Positions 17,617 to 28,600 of a stretch of 64,000 nucleotides of DNA are shown in pieces. The notes under the pieces are model-generated. The model searched no databases. It had not been told where the DNA came from and was given only the letters and a program-made list of their open reading frames with translations. A program made the translations under genes and the position numbers. This stretch comes from an uncultured Acidimicrobiaceae bacterium (GTDB lineage: Bacteria; Actinomycetota; Acidimicrobiia; Acidimicrobiales; Ilumatobacteraceae): NCBI GenBank assembly GCA_963720695.1, contig CAVRGG010000001.1:804299-868298 (forward strand). Reading direction: 5' to 3'. The stretch's first letter is position 1; every line of letters begins with the position of its first letter.

Positions 17617-20600
17617 GTGAGCTATCCCAACGTCCAACCCCAACCCTCGTTCCCCGCCCTCGAGCGCGAGGTGCTCGCGTTCTGGGAAGGTGACCAGACC
17701 TTCCAGGCCTCGATCGATCGTCGCGATGGCGACGACGAGTACGTGTTCTACGACGGGCCACCGTTCGCGAACGGCCTGCCCCACTACGGCCACCTGCTCA
17801 CCGGCTTCGTGAAGGACGCCGTGCCCCGGTATCGGACGATGCGCGGGCAACAGGTGCACCGGCGCTTCGGCTGGGACTGCCACGGACTCCCCGCCGAGGT
17901 GGTCGCGGAGAAGGAGCTCGGCATCAGCGGGCATCCCGAGATCACCCGCTTCGGCATCGACAAGTTCAACGACGCGTGCCGGACGAGCGTGTTGCGCTTC
18001 ACCGACGACTGGCACCGTTACGTCACCCGCCAGGCTCGTTGGGTCGACTTCGCCAACGACTACAAGACGCTCGACACGCCGTACATGGAGAGCGTCATGT
18101 GGGCCTTCAAGACGCTGTACGACAAGGGTCTCGTCTACGAGGGCTTCCGCGTGCTCGCCTATTGCTGGCGCTGCGAGACGCCGCTGAGCAACACCGAGAC
18201 GCGGATGGACGACGTCTACCGCGATCGCCAGGATCCGGCGCTCACGGTGGCGTTCGACCTCGAGTCGGGGGAGAAGATGCTCGCCTGGACCACGACGCCG
18301 TGGACGCTGCCGGCCAACCTCGCGCTCGCCGTCGGTCCGCAGATCGAGTACGCGGTGATGGAGGAGAACGGGCAGCGCTACATCCTGGCGGAGTCGCGAC
18401 TGGGCTCCTACGAGAAGGAGTTGGCGGGGGCCACCCACGTCGGGACCCTCACCGGCGCCGACCTCGTGGGGCGCCGGTACAAGCCTCTGTACCCGTTCTT
18501 CGCCGACACGCCGAACGCGTTCCACGTGCTCGCCGCCGACTACGTCAGCACCGAGGACGGCACGGGTGTGGTCCACATGGCGCCGGGTTTCGGCGAGGAG
18601 GACCAGAACGCCTGCAACGCGGTGGGCATCCCCACCGTGTGCCCGATGGACGAGCACGGCAGGTACACCGCCGAGGTCGCCCCGTGGGCACACGTGCACG
18701 TCTTCGACGCGAACCCGGAGGTGATCAAGGACCTCAAGTCGAGGGGCGTCGTCGTTCGTCACGACTCGTATCAGCACAGCTATCCCCACTGCTGGCGGTG
18801 TGCCGAGCCGCTCGTGTACCGGGCCATCAGCTCCTGGTTCGTCGAGGTCACCAAGTTCCGGGATCGCATGGTCGAGCTCAACCAGGAGATCCGTTGGGTC
18901 CCCGAGCACATCAAGGAGGGCAGCTTCGGCAAGTGGCTGGCCAACGCACGCGACTGGAGCATCAGCCGCAACCGCTTCTGGGGCTCGCCGATCCCGGTGT
19001 GGCGCAGCGACGACCCCGAGTACCCGCGTCTCGACGTCTACGGCAGCATCGAGCAGCTGGAAGCGGACTTCGGTGTCGCGGTCACGGACCTGCATCGCCC
19101 GTTCGTCGACGATCTCGTGCGGCCGAACCCCGACGACCCGTCCGGTCGCTCGATGATGCGACGTGTTCCCGAGGTGCTCGATTGTTGGTTCGAGAGCGGC
19201 TCGATGCCCTTCGCGCAGGTGCACTACCCGTTCGAGAACAGGGAATGGTTCGAGGGCCACTACCCGGGCGACTTCATCGTCGAGTACATCGGGCAGACGC
19301 GCGGCTGGTTCTACACCCTGCACGTGCTCGCCACGGCGCTCTTCGACCGGCCGAGCTTCAACACGTGTGTGAGCCACGGCATCGTGCTCGGCAACGACGG
19401 GCAGAAGATGTCCAAGAGCCTGCAGAACTATCCGGACCCGATGATGGTGTTCGACACCTACGGCAGCGACGCGATGCGGTGGTACCTGCTCAGCTCACCG
19501 ATCCTGCGCGGTACCGACCTCATGGTCACCGAGGACGGCATCCGTGACACGGTGCGCCAGGTGATCCTGCCGATCTGGAACACGTGGTACTTCCTGTCGC
19601 TGTACGCCAACGCCGCGGGGACGACAGGTTCGTTCCGGACCGACAGTTCCGACGTGCTCGATCGGTACATCCTCGCCAAGACCCACGACCTGGTGGCCGA
19701 GCTCACCGAGACGCTCGACGCGTACGACCTGTTCGCGGCATGCGGCTCGGTCCGCTCGTTCCTCGACGCGCTGACCAACTGGTACGTGCGGCGCAGCCGC
19801 GACCGCTTCTGGGCGGGCGACCAGGCGGCCATCGACACGCTCCACACGGTGCTGTCGCTGCTCACGCGAGTGCTGGCGCCGCTCCTGCCACTCGTCACCG
19901 AGGAGGTGTACCGAGGCCTCACCGGGGAGCGCAGCGTCCACCTCACCGACTGGCCGTCCGTCGACCTCATCCCCGCCGACCGCGACCTCGTCGAGTCGAT
20001 GGATCTCGCCCGCGACGTCTGCAATGCGACGCTCAGGCTGCGCAAGGCGCATCAGCGACGGGTGCGCCAGCCCCTGTCGAGCCTGAAGGTCGCCGTCGCC
20101 GGAGCGCAGCGCCTCGCTCCGTTCACGGAGTTGATCGCCGACGAGGTGAACGTGAAGTCGGTGGAGCTCACCGACGACGTCGCCGCTGTGGCGACCTTCG
20201 ACCTCCAGGTCGTGCCAGCAGCCGTCGGGCCGCGTCTCGGCGGTCAGACGCAGCAGGTGATCAAGGCGGTGAAGACCGGCGACTGGCAGCGCACCGACGA
20301 CGGGGTGGTGGCAGGGGGCATCGCGTTGTTCGACGGCGAGTACTCGCTCAAGCTCGTCGTCGAGGGCGATGGGGCGAGTGCCCCGTTGTCCGGTGGCAAC
20401 GGCGTGGTGGTGCTCGACACCCAGCTGACCGCCGAGCTCGAGGCAGAGGGTGTCACCCGCGACGTGATCCGGCTCGTCCAACAAGCTCGCCGCGACGCCG
20501 GGTTGCAGGTCAGCGACCGCATCTCGCTGACACTCGGCGTACCGGAGTCGGTTCGTCGACAGGTCGTTGCCTTCCAGCACCTGCTCACCGATGCCACCTT

Positions 20601-20688
20601 GGCCACCACGCTCACGTGGGGAACCGGAGCGCCGACCTGCGAGTTGGACGGCGAACCGGTCCACATCGCCGTCACGGTGGCGACTTGA
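17617..20688 (+). CDS. ileS: Isoleucine--tRNA ligase (type 2)
   Basis: Starts [20 protein letters not shown] and KMSKS signatures. Intact ~1023-aa frame within ORF 17533..20688. Confidence 0.95.
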   Translation: MSYPNVQPQPSFPALEREVLAFWEGDQTFQASIDRRDGDDEYVFYDGPPFANGLPHYGHLLTGFVKDAVPRYRTMRGQQVHRRFGWDCHGLPAEVVAEKELGISGHPEITRFGIDKFNDACRTSVLRFTDDWHRYVTRQARWVDFANDYKTLDTPYMESVMWAFKTLYDKGLVYEGFRVLAYCWRCETPLSNTETRMDDVYRDRQDPALTVAFDLESGEKMLAWTTTPWTLPANLALAVGPQIEYAVMEENGQRYILAESRLGSYEKELAGATHVGTLTGADLVGRRYKPLYPFFADTPNAFHVLAADYVSTEDGTGVVHMAPGFGEEDQNACNAVGIPTVCPMDEHGRYTAEVAPWAHVHVFDANPEVIKDLKSRGVVVRHDSYQHSYPHCWRCAEPLVYRAISSWFVEVTKFRDRMVELNQEIRWVPEHIKEGSFGKWLANARDWSISRNRFWGSPIPVWRSDDPEYPRLDVYGSIEQLEADFGVAVTDLHRPFVDDLVRPNPDDPSGRSMMRRVPEVLDCWFESGSMPFAQVHYPFENREWFEGHYPGDFIVEYIGQTRGWFYTLHVLATALFDRPSFNTCVSHGIVLGNDGQKMSKSLQNYPDPMMVFDTYGSDAMRWYLLSSPILRGTDLMVTEDGIRDTVRQVILPIWNTWYFLSLYANAAGTTGSFRTDSSDVLDRYILAKTHDLVAELTETLDAYDLFAACGSVRSFLDALTNWYVRRSRDRFWAGDQAAIDTLHTVLSLLTRVLAPLLPLVTEEVYRGLTGERSVHLTDWPSVDLIPADRDLVESMDLARDVCNATLRLRKAHQRRVRQPLSSLKVAVAGAQRLAPFTELIADEVNVKSVELTDDVAAVATFDLQVVPAAVGPRLGGQTQQVIKAVKTGDWQRTDDGVVAGGIALFDGEYSLKLVVEGDGASAPLSGGNGVVVLDTQLTAELEAEGVTRDVIRLVQQARRDAGLQVSDRISLTLGVPESVRRQVVAFQHLLTDATLATTLTWGTGAPTCELDGEPVHIAVTVAT

Positions 20689-21008
20689 TCGACGGCGATC
20701 CCGTTCGTCCGCACGAGCAGGGTGCGGCCGTCGCCGTTCGAGTCGTGCCCGGATCCAGCGCTGCCAAGGTGATGGGGCTGCATGGCGGTGAGCTCCGGAT
20801 CAGGGTGTGCAGCCCGCCGATCGACGGCCGTGCCAACGACGAGGTCAGGGAGGTGCTGGCGAGGCTTCTCGGACTGCGAACGCGGGACATCGAGGTGCTC
20901 AGTGGGCGCGCGGCGCGGTCGAAGGTGCTGTTCGTGGACCTCTCGCCGGCGCTCGTCGCCGATCGACTGCTGCCATGGATCGGCCCGTCCGGGGCACCAC
21001 AGCGATAG
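20685..21008 (+). CDS. DUF167 (YggU-like) family protein
   Basis: C-terminal part of ORF 19584..21008 ([10 protein letters not shown]...[17 protein letters not shown]...[11 protein letters not shown]). Start uncertain; TTG 20685 overlaps the ileS stop. Confidence 0.6.
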   Translation: MIDGDPVRPHEQGAAVAVRVVPGSSAAKVMGLHGGELRIRVCSPPIDGRANDEVREVLARLLGLRTRDIEVLSGRAARSKVLFVDLSPALVADRLLPWIGPSGAPQR

Positions 21009-21058
21009 CATCCCGCCGTTACACCGGACCACACCCCGGACGACGGAGGATGAGCTGT

Positions 21059-21937
21059 ATGGCCACGGCCAAGAAGGCACCCGCGAAGAAGGCCCCTGCC
21101 AAGAAGGCGGCCCCGGCCAAGAAGGCACCCGCGAAGAAGGCGGCCCCGGCGAAGAAAGCCGCCCCGGTCAAGAAGGCAGCGCCCGCCAAGAAGGCCCCTG
21201 CCAAGAAGGCAGCGCCCGTGAAGAAGGCAGCGCCCGCCAAGAAGGCCCCTGCCACGAAGGCAGCGCCCGTGAAGAAGGCGGCCCCGGCGAAGAAGGCAGC
21301 CCCGGTCAAGAAGGCAGCGCCCGCGAAGAAGGCTGCCACGCCCGCAAAGAAGGCTGCCGCCCCCGTGAAGAAGGTCGCCCCGCCGAAGAAGGCTGCGGCC
21401 AAGAAGACCGCCCCGACGAAGGCTGTCCCGGCGAAGGCTGTGCCGACGAAGGCCCCTGCGGCGAAGGCGGCCCCGGCCAAGAAGGCTGCGGCCGTTGGCA
21501 AGGTCGTGCCGGACAAGCCCGTGGTTCGCGGCGTCACCAAGGAAGGCATCGCCTACACCAAGGACTTCGATGCCAAGTTCCTCACGGCGCAGCGCGCGCT
21601 GCTGCTGCAGGAGAAGGCATCGCTGGTCGGTCAGGCGGATCGCCTCGAGGACGAGGCTCATCAGCTCATCGAGGAGCAGGAGATGGGCGACGTGCAGTTC
21701 GACGACGAGGGCGGCGAGGGCGACACCATGGTCGTCGAGCGGGAGCGCGATCTGGCCCTGAGTGCGCAGGCGCGCCAGACGGTCGCCGACATCGAGGCCG
21801 CCCTGCTCAGGTTGCTCGACGGGACGTACGGCTACTCGATCGAATCGGGTCGTCCGATCTCTCGTGAGCGGCTCGAGGCCATCCCGTGGGCAACGGTCCT
21901 CGTCGAGGAGAAGGTCGGCGGGATCGGTCGCCGATGA
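21059..21937 (+). CDS. Histone-H1-like Lys/Ala/Pro-repeat N-terminus fused to a Cys-less DksA/TraR-like C-terminal domain (DdbA-like by synteny)
   Basis: About 145 aa of AKKAAP-type repeats, then a coiled coil and DGTYGYSIESGRPISRERLEAIPWATVLVEEK. In that segment the four zinc-finger Cys positions read S, S, L, E. GGAGG lies 9 nt upstream of ATG 21059 (alternative ATG 21050). Sits between ileS and lspA. Confidence 0.75.
   Translation: MATAKKAPAKKAPAKKAAPAKKAPAKKAAPAKKAAPVKKAAPAKKAPAKKAAPVKKAAPAKKAPATKAAPVKKAAPAKKAAPVKKAAPAKKAATPAKKAAAPVKKVAPPKKAAAKKTAPTKAVPAKAVPTKAPAAKAAPAKKAAAVGKVVPDKPVVRGVTKEGIAYTKDFDAKFLTAQRALLLQEKASLVGQADRLEDEAHQLIEEQEMGDVQFDDEGGEGDTMVVERERDLALSAQARQTVADIEAALLRLLDGTYGYSIESGRPISRERLEAIPWATVLVEEKVGGIGRR
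21065..21500 (+). repeat. Degenerate in-frame 15/18-bp repeats encoding (A/P)AKKA(A)P units
   Basis: Reading the translation gives KKAPAKKAAPAKKAAPVKKAAP... Its antisense creates the spurious ORF 20672..21661. Confidence 0.85.
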
Positions 21938-22464
21938 CCGAGGGCGACCTCAGCGACACCGACGCAGCCGACATCACCGAGCCGCAGGCCTCGACCGCGC
22001 AACTCCGCGTCACGTTGTCGATCGCGGCGCTCGTGGTGCTGCTCGATCAAGTCACCAAGCACTGGGCGCTCAACGCCTTGGAGGGCAAGCCACCACAGCA
22101 CGTCATCTGGACGTTGCAGTGGAACCTGTCGTTCAACAGCGGGATGGCGTTCTCCAAGGGTCAGGGAATCGGGCCGGTCATCGGCTTGGCCGCGCTCGTC
22201 GTGGTCGTGGTGATCGCCGTGTCGGTCCGCAGCAATCACAGCCGGATGCTCGCCGTCGCCGCGGGCCTGGTGATGGGTGGCGCACTCGGCAACCTCGCCG
22301 ACCGGATCTTCCGCGGTGAAGGGTGGCTCGACGGGGCCGTCATCGACTTCATCGACTTCCAGTGGTTCCCGATCTTCAACGTGGCCGACATGGGTGTGAA
22401 CGTCGGTGGCGCGCTGTTCGTGCTGTGGACGATCTTCTCCGGCCGAAAGGCGTCACGATCGTGA
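21934..22464 (+). CDS. lspA: Lipoprotein signal peptidase II
   Basis: LDQVTKHWA, NSGMAFS, GGALGNLADR and FNVADM motifs. ATGA overlap with the upstream gene. Confidence 0.9.
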   Translation: MTEGDLSDTDAADITEPQASTAQLRVTLSIAALVVLLDQVTKHWALNALEGKPPQHVIWTLQWNLSFNSGMAFSKGQGIGPVIGLAALVVVVVIAVSVRSNHSRMLAVAAGLVMGGALGNLADRIFRGEGWLDGAVIDFIDFQWFPIFNVADMGVNVGGALFVLWTIFSGRKASRS

Positions 22465-23381
22465 TCATCGTCGAGACCATCCCGCATGCATTGGCCGGTG
22501 AGCGACTCGATCGCGTGGTCGCCCTCATGGCGGAGTGCAGCCGCAGCGAGGCCCAGGTGCTGCTGGCGGCCGGCGGGGTGACGGTCGACGGTGTCGCGCA
22601 GTCCGTGGGCAAGATCCGACTGGCGCAGGAGCAGGTGGTGTCGGTCGATCCGTCATTGCTGCCCCCTCCGGTCCTGCCCCAGCCCGAGGCAGACATCGAG
22701 TTCGCCGTGGTTTATGAGGACGAGCACCTCATCGTGGTCGACAAACCTGCTGGACTCGTGGTGCATCCCGGCGCCGGCAATCCCGATGGGACCCTGGTGA
22801 ACGGGCTGTTGGCGCGTTACCCGGAGATCGCCGAGGTGGGGGAGTCGCACCGCCCCGGCATCGTCCATCGCCTCGACCTCGGTACCTCGGGACTGCTCGC
22901 GGTCGCCCGCACCCAGCGGGCCTACCACGAGCTCGTCGACGCGCTGTCGAACCGTGACGTCGGGCGCGTCTACCGCGCGTTGGTGTGGGGTCACCCGGCG
23001 AATCCGCACGGTGTGGTCGACGCACCCATCGGGCGCGATCACCGCGACCCGCAGCGCATGGCGGTCGTGGTCGACGGCAAGCCGGCTCGTACTCGGTATC
23101 AGGTGTTGCAGCAGTACCGCAGCCCCACGCTCGCGGCCGCGCTCGAATGCCGTCTGGAGACGGGCCGCACCCACCAGATCCGCGTGCACCTCAGTGCGAT
23201 CGGCCACCCGGTGGTCGGCGACGCGACGTACGGCGGGGTTCGCAGCGGCATCGCGTCGCCACGACCGTTCCTGCACGCGGCGAGACTCGAACTGGCCCAT
23301 CCGGTGACCCACGAGCCGCTGGCGTTCGATTCACCGCTTCCCGACGATCTCGCGACCATCGAAGCCGCGCTCGAGCCCTAG
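22461..23381 (+). CDS. rluD: RluA/RluD-family 23S rRNA pseudouridine synthase with N-terminal S4 domain
   Basis: HRLDLGTSGLL catalytic motif and YRALVWG. GTGA overlap with lspA. Confidence 0.85.
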   Translation: MIIVETIPHALAGERLDRVVALMAECSRSEAQVLLAAGGVTVDGVAQSVGKIRLAQEQVVSVDPSLLPPPVLPQPEADIEFAVVYEDEHLIVVDKPAGLVVHPGAGNPDGTLVNGLLARYPEIAEVGESHRPGIVHRLDLGTSGLLAVARTQRAYHELVDALSNRDVGRVYRALVWGHPANPHGVVDAPIGRDHRDPQRMAVVVDGKPARTRYQVLQQYRSPTLAAALECRLETGRTHQIRVHLSAIGHPVVGDATYGGVRSGIASPRPFLHAARLELAHPVTHEPLAFDSPLPDDLATIEAALEP

Positions 23382-23397
23382 TTCGAGGAGTTCGGAG

Positions 23398-23862
23398 TCA
23401 CACGTCGAGCGACGCGGTGAAGCGAGCTTCCGGCCACGGACCGGTTCCCTGCGCTGCGTCGGCGACGGACTGCAAGGTGAACACGTCCATCAGAAGGCGC
23501 ATCTGTTCGCCGGCGGACTTCCAGATGGCGAGCAGGACGCACTGACCCTCGTGGTCACACGCGCCGTCCTGGTGGGGCTCGCCGAAATCACCGAGGCTGA
23601 TGGGTCCGTCGACCGCGCTGAGGATCTCGCTGATGCGGATCTCCGAGGCGGGCCGGGCCAGCACGTAGCCGCCGCCGACGCCGCGCTTCGAGCGCACCAG
23701 GCCGGCACCCTTCAGCGCGAGGAGGATCTGCTCGAGATACGGCTGGGGAATCCCCGTGCGCTCGGCGATGTCTCGAACCGATGTGGGCCCCGGCGTGGGT
23801 TGATGCAGCGCGAGCGAGAGCAGTGCCCGACACGCATAGTCACCCTTGCTGGAAACTCGCAC
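23398..23862 (-). CDS. Rrf2-family transcriptional regulator
   Basis: MRVSSKGDYACRALLSLA and a wHTH (SVRDIAERTGIPQPYLEQILLALK). C-terminal region has only two Cys (GACDHEGQC). Confidence 0.85.
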   Translation of the reverse strand: MRVSSKGDYACRALLSLALHQPTPGPTSVRDIAERTGIPQPYLEQILLALKGAGLVRSKRGVGGGYVLARPASEIRISEILSAVDGPISLGDFGEPHQDGACDHEGQCVLLAIWKSAGEQMRLLMDVFTLQSVADAAQGTGPWPEARFTASLDV

Positions 23863-23966
23863 GAACCCATCGTAGGCCGCAGTCGGCCGTCAGCGGCGAC
23901 CGCCGGGGGTCGGCGACGACATCTGAATGGCGCGCGCCGGTCGCGTCGTGGTGGACTGACCGGACC

Positions 23967-25070
23967 GTGACACCACCCCTCGTCCTTCCCGACTACTCCG
24001 GCGGCAACGTGCGCGGCATCGTGCCGGCGGTGTTGGCGCCCCCAGGGGTGGTCTCGCCGTCGTGGATGCCCGCCGCCGCTGCCGGCGCGCGTCAGGTCGT
24101 GCTGCTCGTGCTCGACGGTCTCGGGTGGGAGCAGTTGCAGGCTCGCGCGGCCCTCGCGCCGACGCTGAGCGCCATGGCAGGTGGTCCGATCACCACCGTC
24201 GCACCGTCCACCACGGCGACCGCGCTCACCTCGATCACCACCGGACTCACGCCGGGTGAGCACGGCATCGTCGGGTATCGGATGGACATCGCCGGCGAGG
24301 TGATGAACGTGCTGCGCTGGCACACGGCCGCCGGTGACGCGCGACGTCAGGTCGAGCCGCGTCGGACTCAGTCCTTCGCCCCGTTCATGGGCGAGCCGGT
24401 GCCGGTGGTCAGCAAGGCCGAGTTGGAGGGGTCTGCCTTCACCGAAGCCCATCTGCGCGGCAGCACCCCGAGGGGCTGGCGGGCTGCCTCGAGCCTGCCG
24501 GTGATCGTCGGCGACCTGTTGGCGGCGGGGGAGCGGTTCGTGTACGCCTACTACGACGGGATCGACAAGATCGCCCACGAGCGCGGCTTCGGTCCCTTCT
24601 ACGACGCGGAGCTGGTCGCCGCCGATCGCCTGGTGGCCGACGTGATCGACCGGCTCCCGTCGGGCGCGGCGCTGCTGGTCACGGCCGACCACGGCCAGGT
24701 GCACGTGGGGACGAACACCTTGCCCCCGCACCCCGACGTGCTGCGCCTCACCCGCTCACAGAGCGGAGAGGGACGCTTCCGGTGGCTTCACGCCCGCCCC
24801 GGCGCCGCCGCAGAGCTCCTCGAGGTGGCAACGGCGCACCACAGCGATGTCGCCTGGGTGCGCAGCCGGGCCGAGATGATCGACGAGGGCTGGTTCGGCC
24901 CCGTCGTGAGCCCTCCGATCGCGGCCCGCTACGGCGACGTCGGCCTGGTCGCGCACGCGCCGGTCAGCTTCGACGACCCGGCTGACGGCGGACCCTTCCC
25001 GCTCGTGTGTCGACACGGTTCCCTCACGTCTGCTGAGATGCTGGTACCGCTGCTGGCAGCGACCACTTGA
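23967..25070 (+). CDS. Alkaline-phosphatase-superfamily protein (type I phosphodiesterase/nucleotide pyrophosphatase-like)
   Basis: LLVLDGLGWEQL, TTVAPSTTATALTSITTG...HG and TADHGQV metal/nucleophile-type motifs. Start uncertain (GTG 23967 within ORF 23781..25070). Confidence 0.65.
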   Translation: MTPPLVLPDYSGGNVRGIVPAVLAPPGVVSPSWMPAAAAGARQVVLLVLDGLGWEQLQARAALAPTLSAMAGGPITTVAPSTTATALTSITTGLTPGEHGIVGYRMDIAGEVMNVLRWHTAAGDARRQVEPRRTQSFAPFMGEPVPVVSKAELEGSAFTEAHLRGSTPRGWRAASSLPVIVGDLLAAGERFVYAYYDGIDKIAHERGFGPFYDAELVAADRLVADVIDRLPSGAALLVTADHGQVHVGTNTLPPHPDVLRLTRSQSGEGRFRWLHARPGAAAELLEVATAHHSDVAWVRSRAEMIDEGWFGPVVSPPIAARYGDVGLVAHAPVSFDDPADGGPFPLVCRHGSLTSAEMLVPLLAATT

Positions 25071-25101
25071 CCGTTCGACCCGATCCCGCAGAGGAGCGCT
25101 C

Positions 25102-25587
25102 ATGACCGATGAAGCACAGGTACCCGACGCCGTCACGAGCGCGCCCGATGAGGTGGCACCCACGGAGGCCCCGACCGAGACGGTCACCGAGCCGGCCAAG
25201 GTGATGCGCATCGGCTCGATGGTCAAGCAGCTCCTCGAGGAGGTGCGCACGAGCCCGCTCGACGAAGCGAGTCGCGAGCGGTTGGCCGAGATCTACGAAC
25301 GATCGATCGTGGAGGTGGGCGAGGCGCTGTCGCCGGATCTGCAGCAGGAGCTGCACATGCTGGCCCTTCCCTTCCGCGACGGCGAGGTACCGTCCGAGGG
25401 GGAGTTGCGCGTCGCGCAGGCCCAGCTCGTGGGGTGGCTGGAGGGCCTCTTCCACGGCATCCAGGCCACCTTGTTCGCCCAGCAGCTGGCGGCCCGCCAG
25501 CAGCTCGAGCAGATGCGCCAGCTTCCCCCCGGCTCGATGGGGCAGGCGCCCATCGACACGAACGAGCGCCCGGGGACCTACCTGTGA
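25102..25587 (+). CDS. bpa: Bacterial proteasome activator Bpa/PafE (DUF2587)
   Basis: Close resemblance to remembered M. tuberculosis Rv3780 (PAKVMRIGSMVKQLLEEVR, AQAQLVGWLEGLFHGIQ, C-terminal GTYL versus GQYL). GAGGAG RBS. Confidence 0.85.
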   Translation: MTDEAQVPDAVTSAPDEVAPTEAPTETVTEPAKVMRIGSMVKQLLEEVRTSPLDEASRERLAEIYERSIVEVGEALSPDLQQELHMLALPFRDGEVPSEGELRVAQAQLVGWLEGLFHGIQATLFAQQLAARQQLEQMRQLPPGSMGQAPIDTNERPGTYL

Positions 25588-25654
25588 TCCGGTGCTAGGG
25601 TCGACGTCCGAATCACATCCGTGTCATCCGAACATCCAGAGGAGGTAGACGCCC

Positions 25655-28600
25655 GTGGGCGACTCGTTCACCCACTTGCACGTCCACACCGAGTTCTCGA
25701 TGCTCGATGGGGCGGCACGTCTCGACGAACTCGTCGCGAAGGCCGTACAGGACGGCCAACCGGCGCTGGGCATCACCGATCACGGCAACATGTACGGCGT
25801 CCTGGAGTTCTTCAAGGAGTGTCGCAAGCAGGGCGTGAAACCCGTGATCGGCACCGAGGCGTACATGGCGTACGACTCACGTCGCGAACGCCCCGCTCGC
25901 CGAGGGCGCGTCGACGATTCCGGCGGCGACACCGAGGGTGGCAAGAAGCTCTACTACCACCTCACGTTGCTCGCCGAGACCGATCAGGGGTACCGCAACC
26001 TCATCCAACTGGCGAGTCTCGCGTTCCTCGAGGGCTACTACTACAAGCCCCGGATGGACTGGGAGCTGCTGGAGAAGTACCACGACGGGCTCATCGCCAC
26101 CACGGGCTGCCTCGGCGGACACGTGCTGCAGTCACTGCTGCAGGGTGACGAGAAGGGCGCGCTCGACAAGGCCGGTCGCCTGCAGGAGATCTTCGGTCGC
26201 GACAACCTCTTCGTGGAGCTGCAGGATCACGGCCTCCAGGCCCAGCGCGACACCAACCCGAAGCTGATCGAGATCGCCCGCAAGATCGGTGCGCCGATCA
26301 TCGCCACCAACGACTCGCACTACGTGCACCGCGACGATCATGAGGCGCACAGTGCGCTGCTCTGCGTCCAGACAGGGGCCGTCCTGTCGGACCCGAAGCG
26401 CTTCAAGTTCGAGGGTGAGGAGCACTACCTCAAGACGGCGAACGAGATGCGCTACCTGTTCCGCGATCTCCCCGAGGCGTGTGACAACACGCTCTGGATC
26501 GCCGAGCGCTGCGACGTGAACATCGAGTTCGGCAAGCCGTTGCTGCCCAACTTCCCGATCCCCGAGGGCTTCACCGACGACGCCGGGTACCTCGACCATC
26601 TCACGTGGGAGGGTGCCAAGCTGCGGTGGGGCGAGACGCTGCCCCAGAGCGCGGTCGAGCGGATCGCGTACGAGCTCCAGGTCATCAAGAACATGGGGTT
26701 CGCGTCCTACTTCCTCATCGTCTGGGACCTCATCAAGCACGCGAAGGACACGGGCATCCGCGTGGGTCCCGGCCGTGGCTCGGCCGCGGGCTGCGCCGTG
26801 GCCTACTGCCTGCGCATCACCGAACTGGACCCGATCAAGTACGACCTGCTGTTCGAACGGTTCCTCAACCCGAGCCGCATCTCGATGCCCGACATCGACA
26901 TGGACTTCGACTCCCGTTACCGCGACGAGATGATCCGGTACGCGGCCGAGCGGTACGGGCGCGACCACGTCGCCCAGATCATCACGTTCGGCACGATCAA
27001 GGCGCGCAACGCCGTGCGCGACGCGGCACGCGTCCTCGGCTACCCGTACGGCATGGGCGACAAGGTCGCCAAGCTCATGCCGCCCCTCGTGATGGGGCGC
27101 GACACCCCCCTGCGTTACTGCTTCGAGCAGAACCCGAAGTACGCGGACGGGTACAAGGCGGCCGGAGACCTGCGAGCGCTGTACGACGCCGACCCCGACG
27201 TGAAGCGTGTCGTCGACGTCGCAAAGGGGCTCGAGGGGCTCAAGCGCAGTGACGGCATCCACGCCGCTGCCGTGGTGATCACGAAGGAACCGCTCACCGA
27301 CTACCTCCCGATCCAACGCAAGCCGGTCGCCGGTGGCGACCCGCTCGACGCGCCCATCGTCACGCAGTACGAGATGCACGGCGTCGAGGACCTCGGCCTG
27401 CTGAAGATGGACTTCCTGGGGTTGCGCAACCTCGACGTCATCACCGACACGGTGAAGATGGTCCGGGCGACCAAGGACCCCGAGTTCGACATCGACACGG
27501 TGCACCTCGACGATCAACCCGTGTTCGACCTGATGGCCCGCGGCGACACCATGGGGGTCTTCCAGCTCGAGTCGCCCCCCATGCGTGCGCTGTTGCGATC
27601 ACTCGCCCCCACGTCGTTCGAGGACGTCTCCGCCGTGCTGGCGCTCTACCGGCCCGGGCCGATGAGCGTCAACATGCACTACGACTACGCCGACCGGAAG
27701 AACAACCGCCAACCGGTCGAGTACTTCCACCCCGACGCGGAGGAGGTGCTGGGCGACACCTACGGCCTGATGATCTATCAGGAGAGCGTGATGCGCGTCG
27801 CGCAGAAGTTCGCCGGGTACTCCCTCGCCGAAGCCGACAGCCTGCGCAAGGCGATGGGCAAGAAGAGTCGCGAGGTCATGGCCAAGGAGCGCAGCAGCTT
27901 CGAGGCCGGGTGCGAGCGGATGAACTACGGCCGCGAGCTCGGCGAGCAGCTGTTCGACGTGATCGCCAAGTTCGCCGACTACGCGTTCAACAAGAGCCAC
28001 ACGTTCGGGTACGGACTCGTCACCTATCAGACGGCCTACCTGAAGGCGCACTATCCGGTCGAGTACATGGCCTGCCTGCTCACGAGCGTGAAGAGCAACC
28101 TCGACAAGGCGGCGGTGTACCTGAGCGACGCCCGCGCCAACGGCGTGAAGGTGCTCACCCCCGACCTGAATCGCAGCATCACCGACTTCGCGGCCCTCAC
28201 GGTCAGCGAGGTACCCGTCGACGTCGAGCTCCCGGCGGGGAGCCCAGGTGCGATCACGTTCGGTCTCTCGGCGATTCGCAACGTGGGGGAGGGTCTGGTC
28301 GACCTCCTGCTGCGAGAACGCGACGAGCACGGGCCGTACGACTCGTTCCACGACTTCGCCGAACGGGTGCCCGAACCCGTGCTGAACAAGCGCACGGTGG
28401 AGTCGCTCATCAAGGCCGGTGCGTTCGATTCGCTCGGCCATCCCCGCAAGGGCCTGTTGATGGTCTTCGAGCAGATCATCGACGGCACGTTGGTCCGACG
28501 CAGAGAACGCGACCAGGGTGTGATGAGCCTTTTCGGGGATCTCGATGCCGGTGGCGGCGACGCCGGCTTCGACGAACGGGTCGCGATCCCCGCCCTCGAG

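Noticed and set aside
20672-21661. 329-aa minus-strand ORF with GRCLL/GRGLL repeats
   Set aside because: It is the antisense image of the AKKAAP repeat region of the plus-strand histone-like/DksA-like gene.
23967-25070. PglZ/BREX-type defence component
   Set aside because: It shares only the generic alkaline-phosphatase-fold motifs. It is far too short for PglZ, and no other BREX genes (pglX, brxC, brxL) are nearby.
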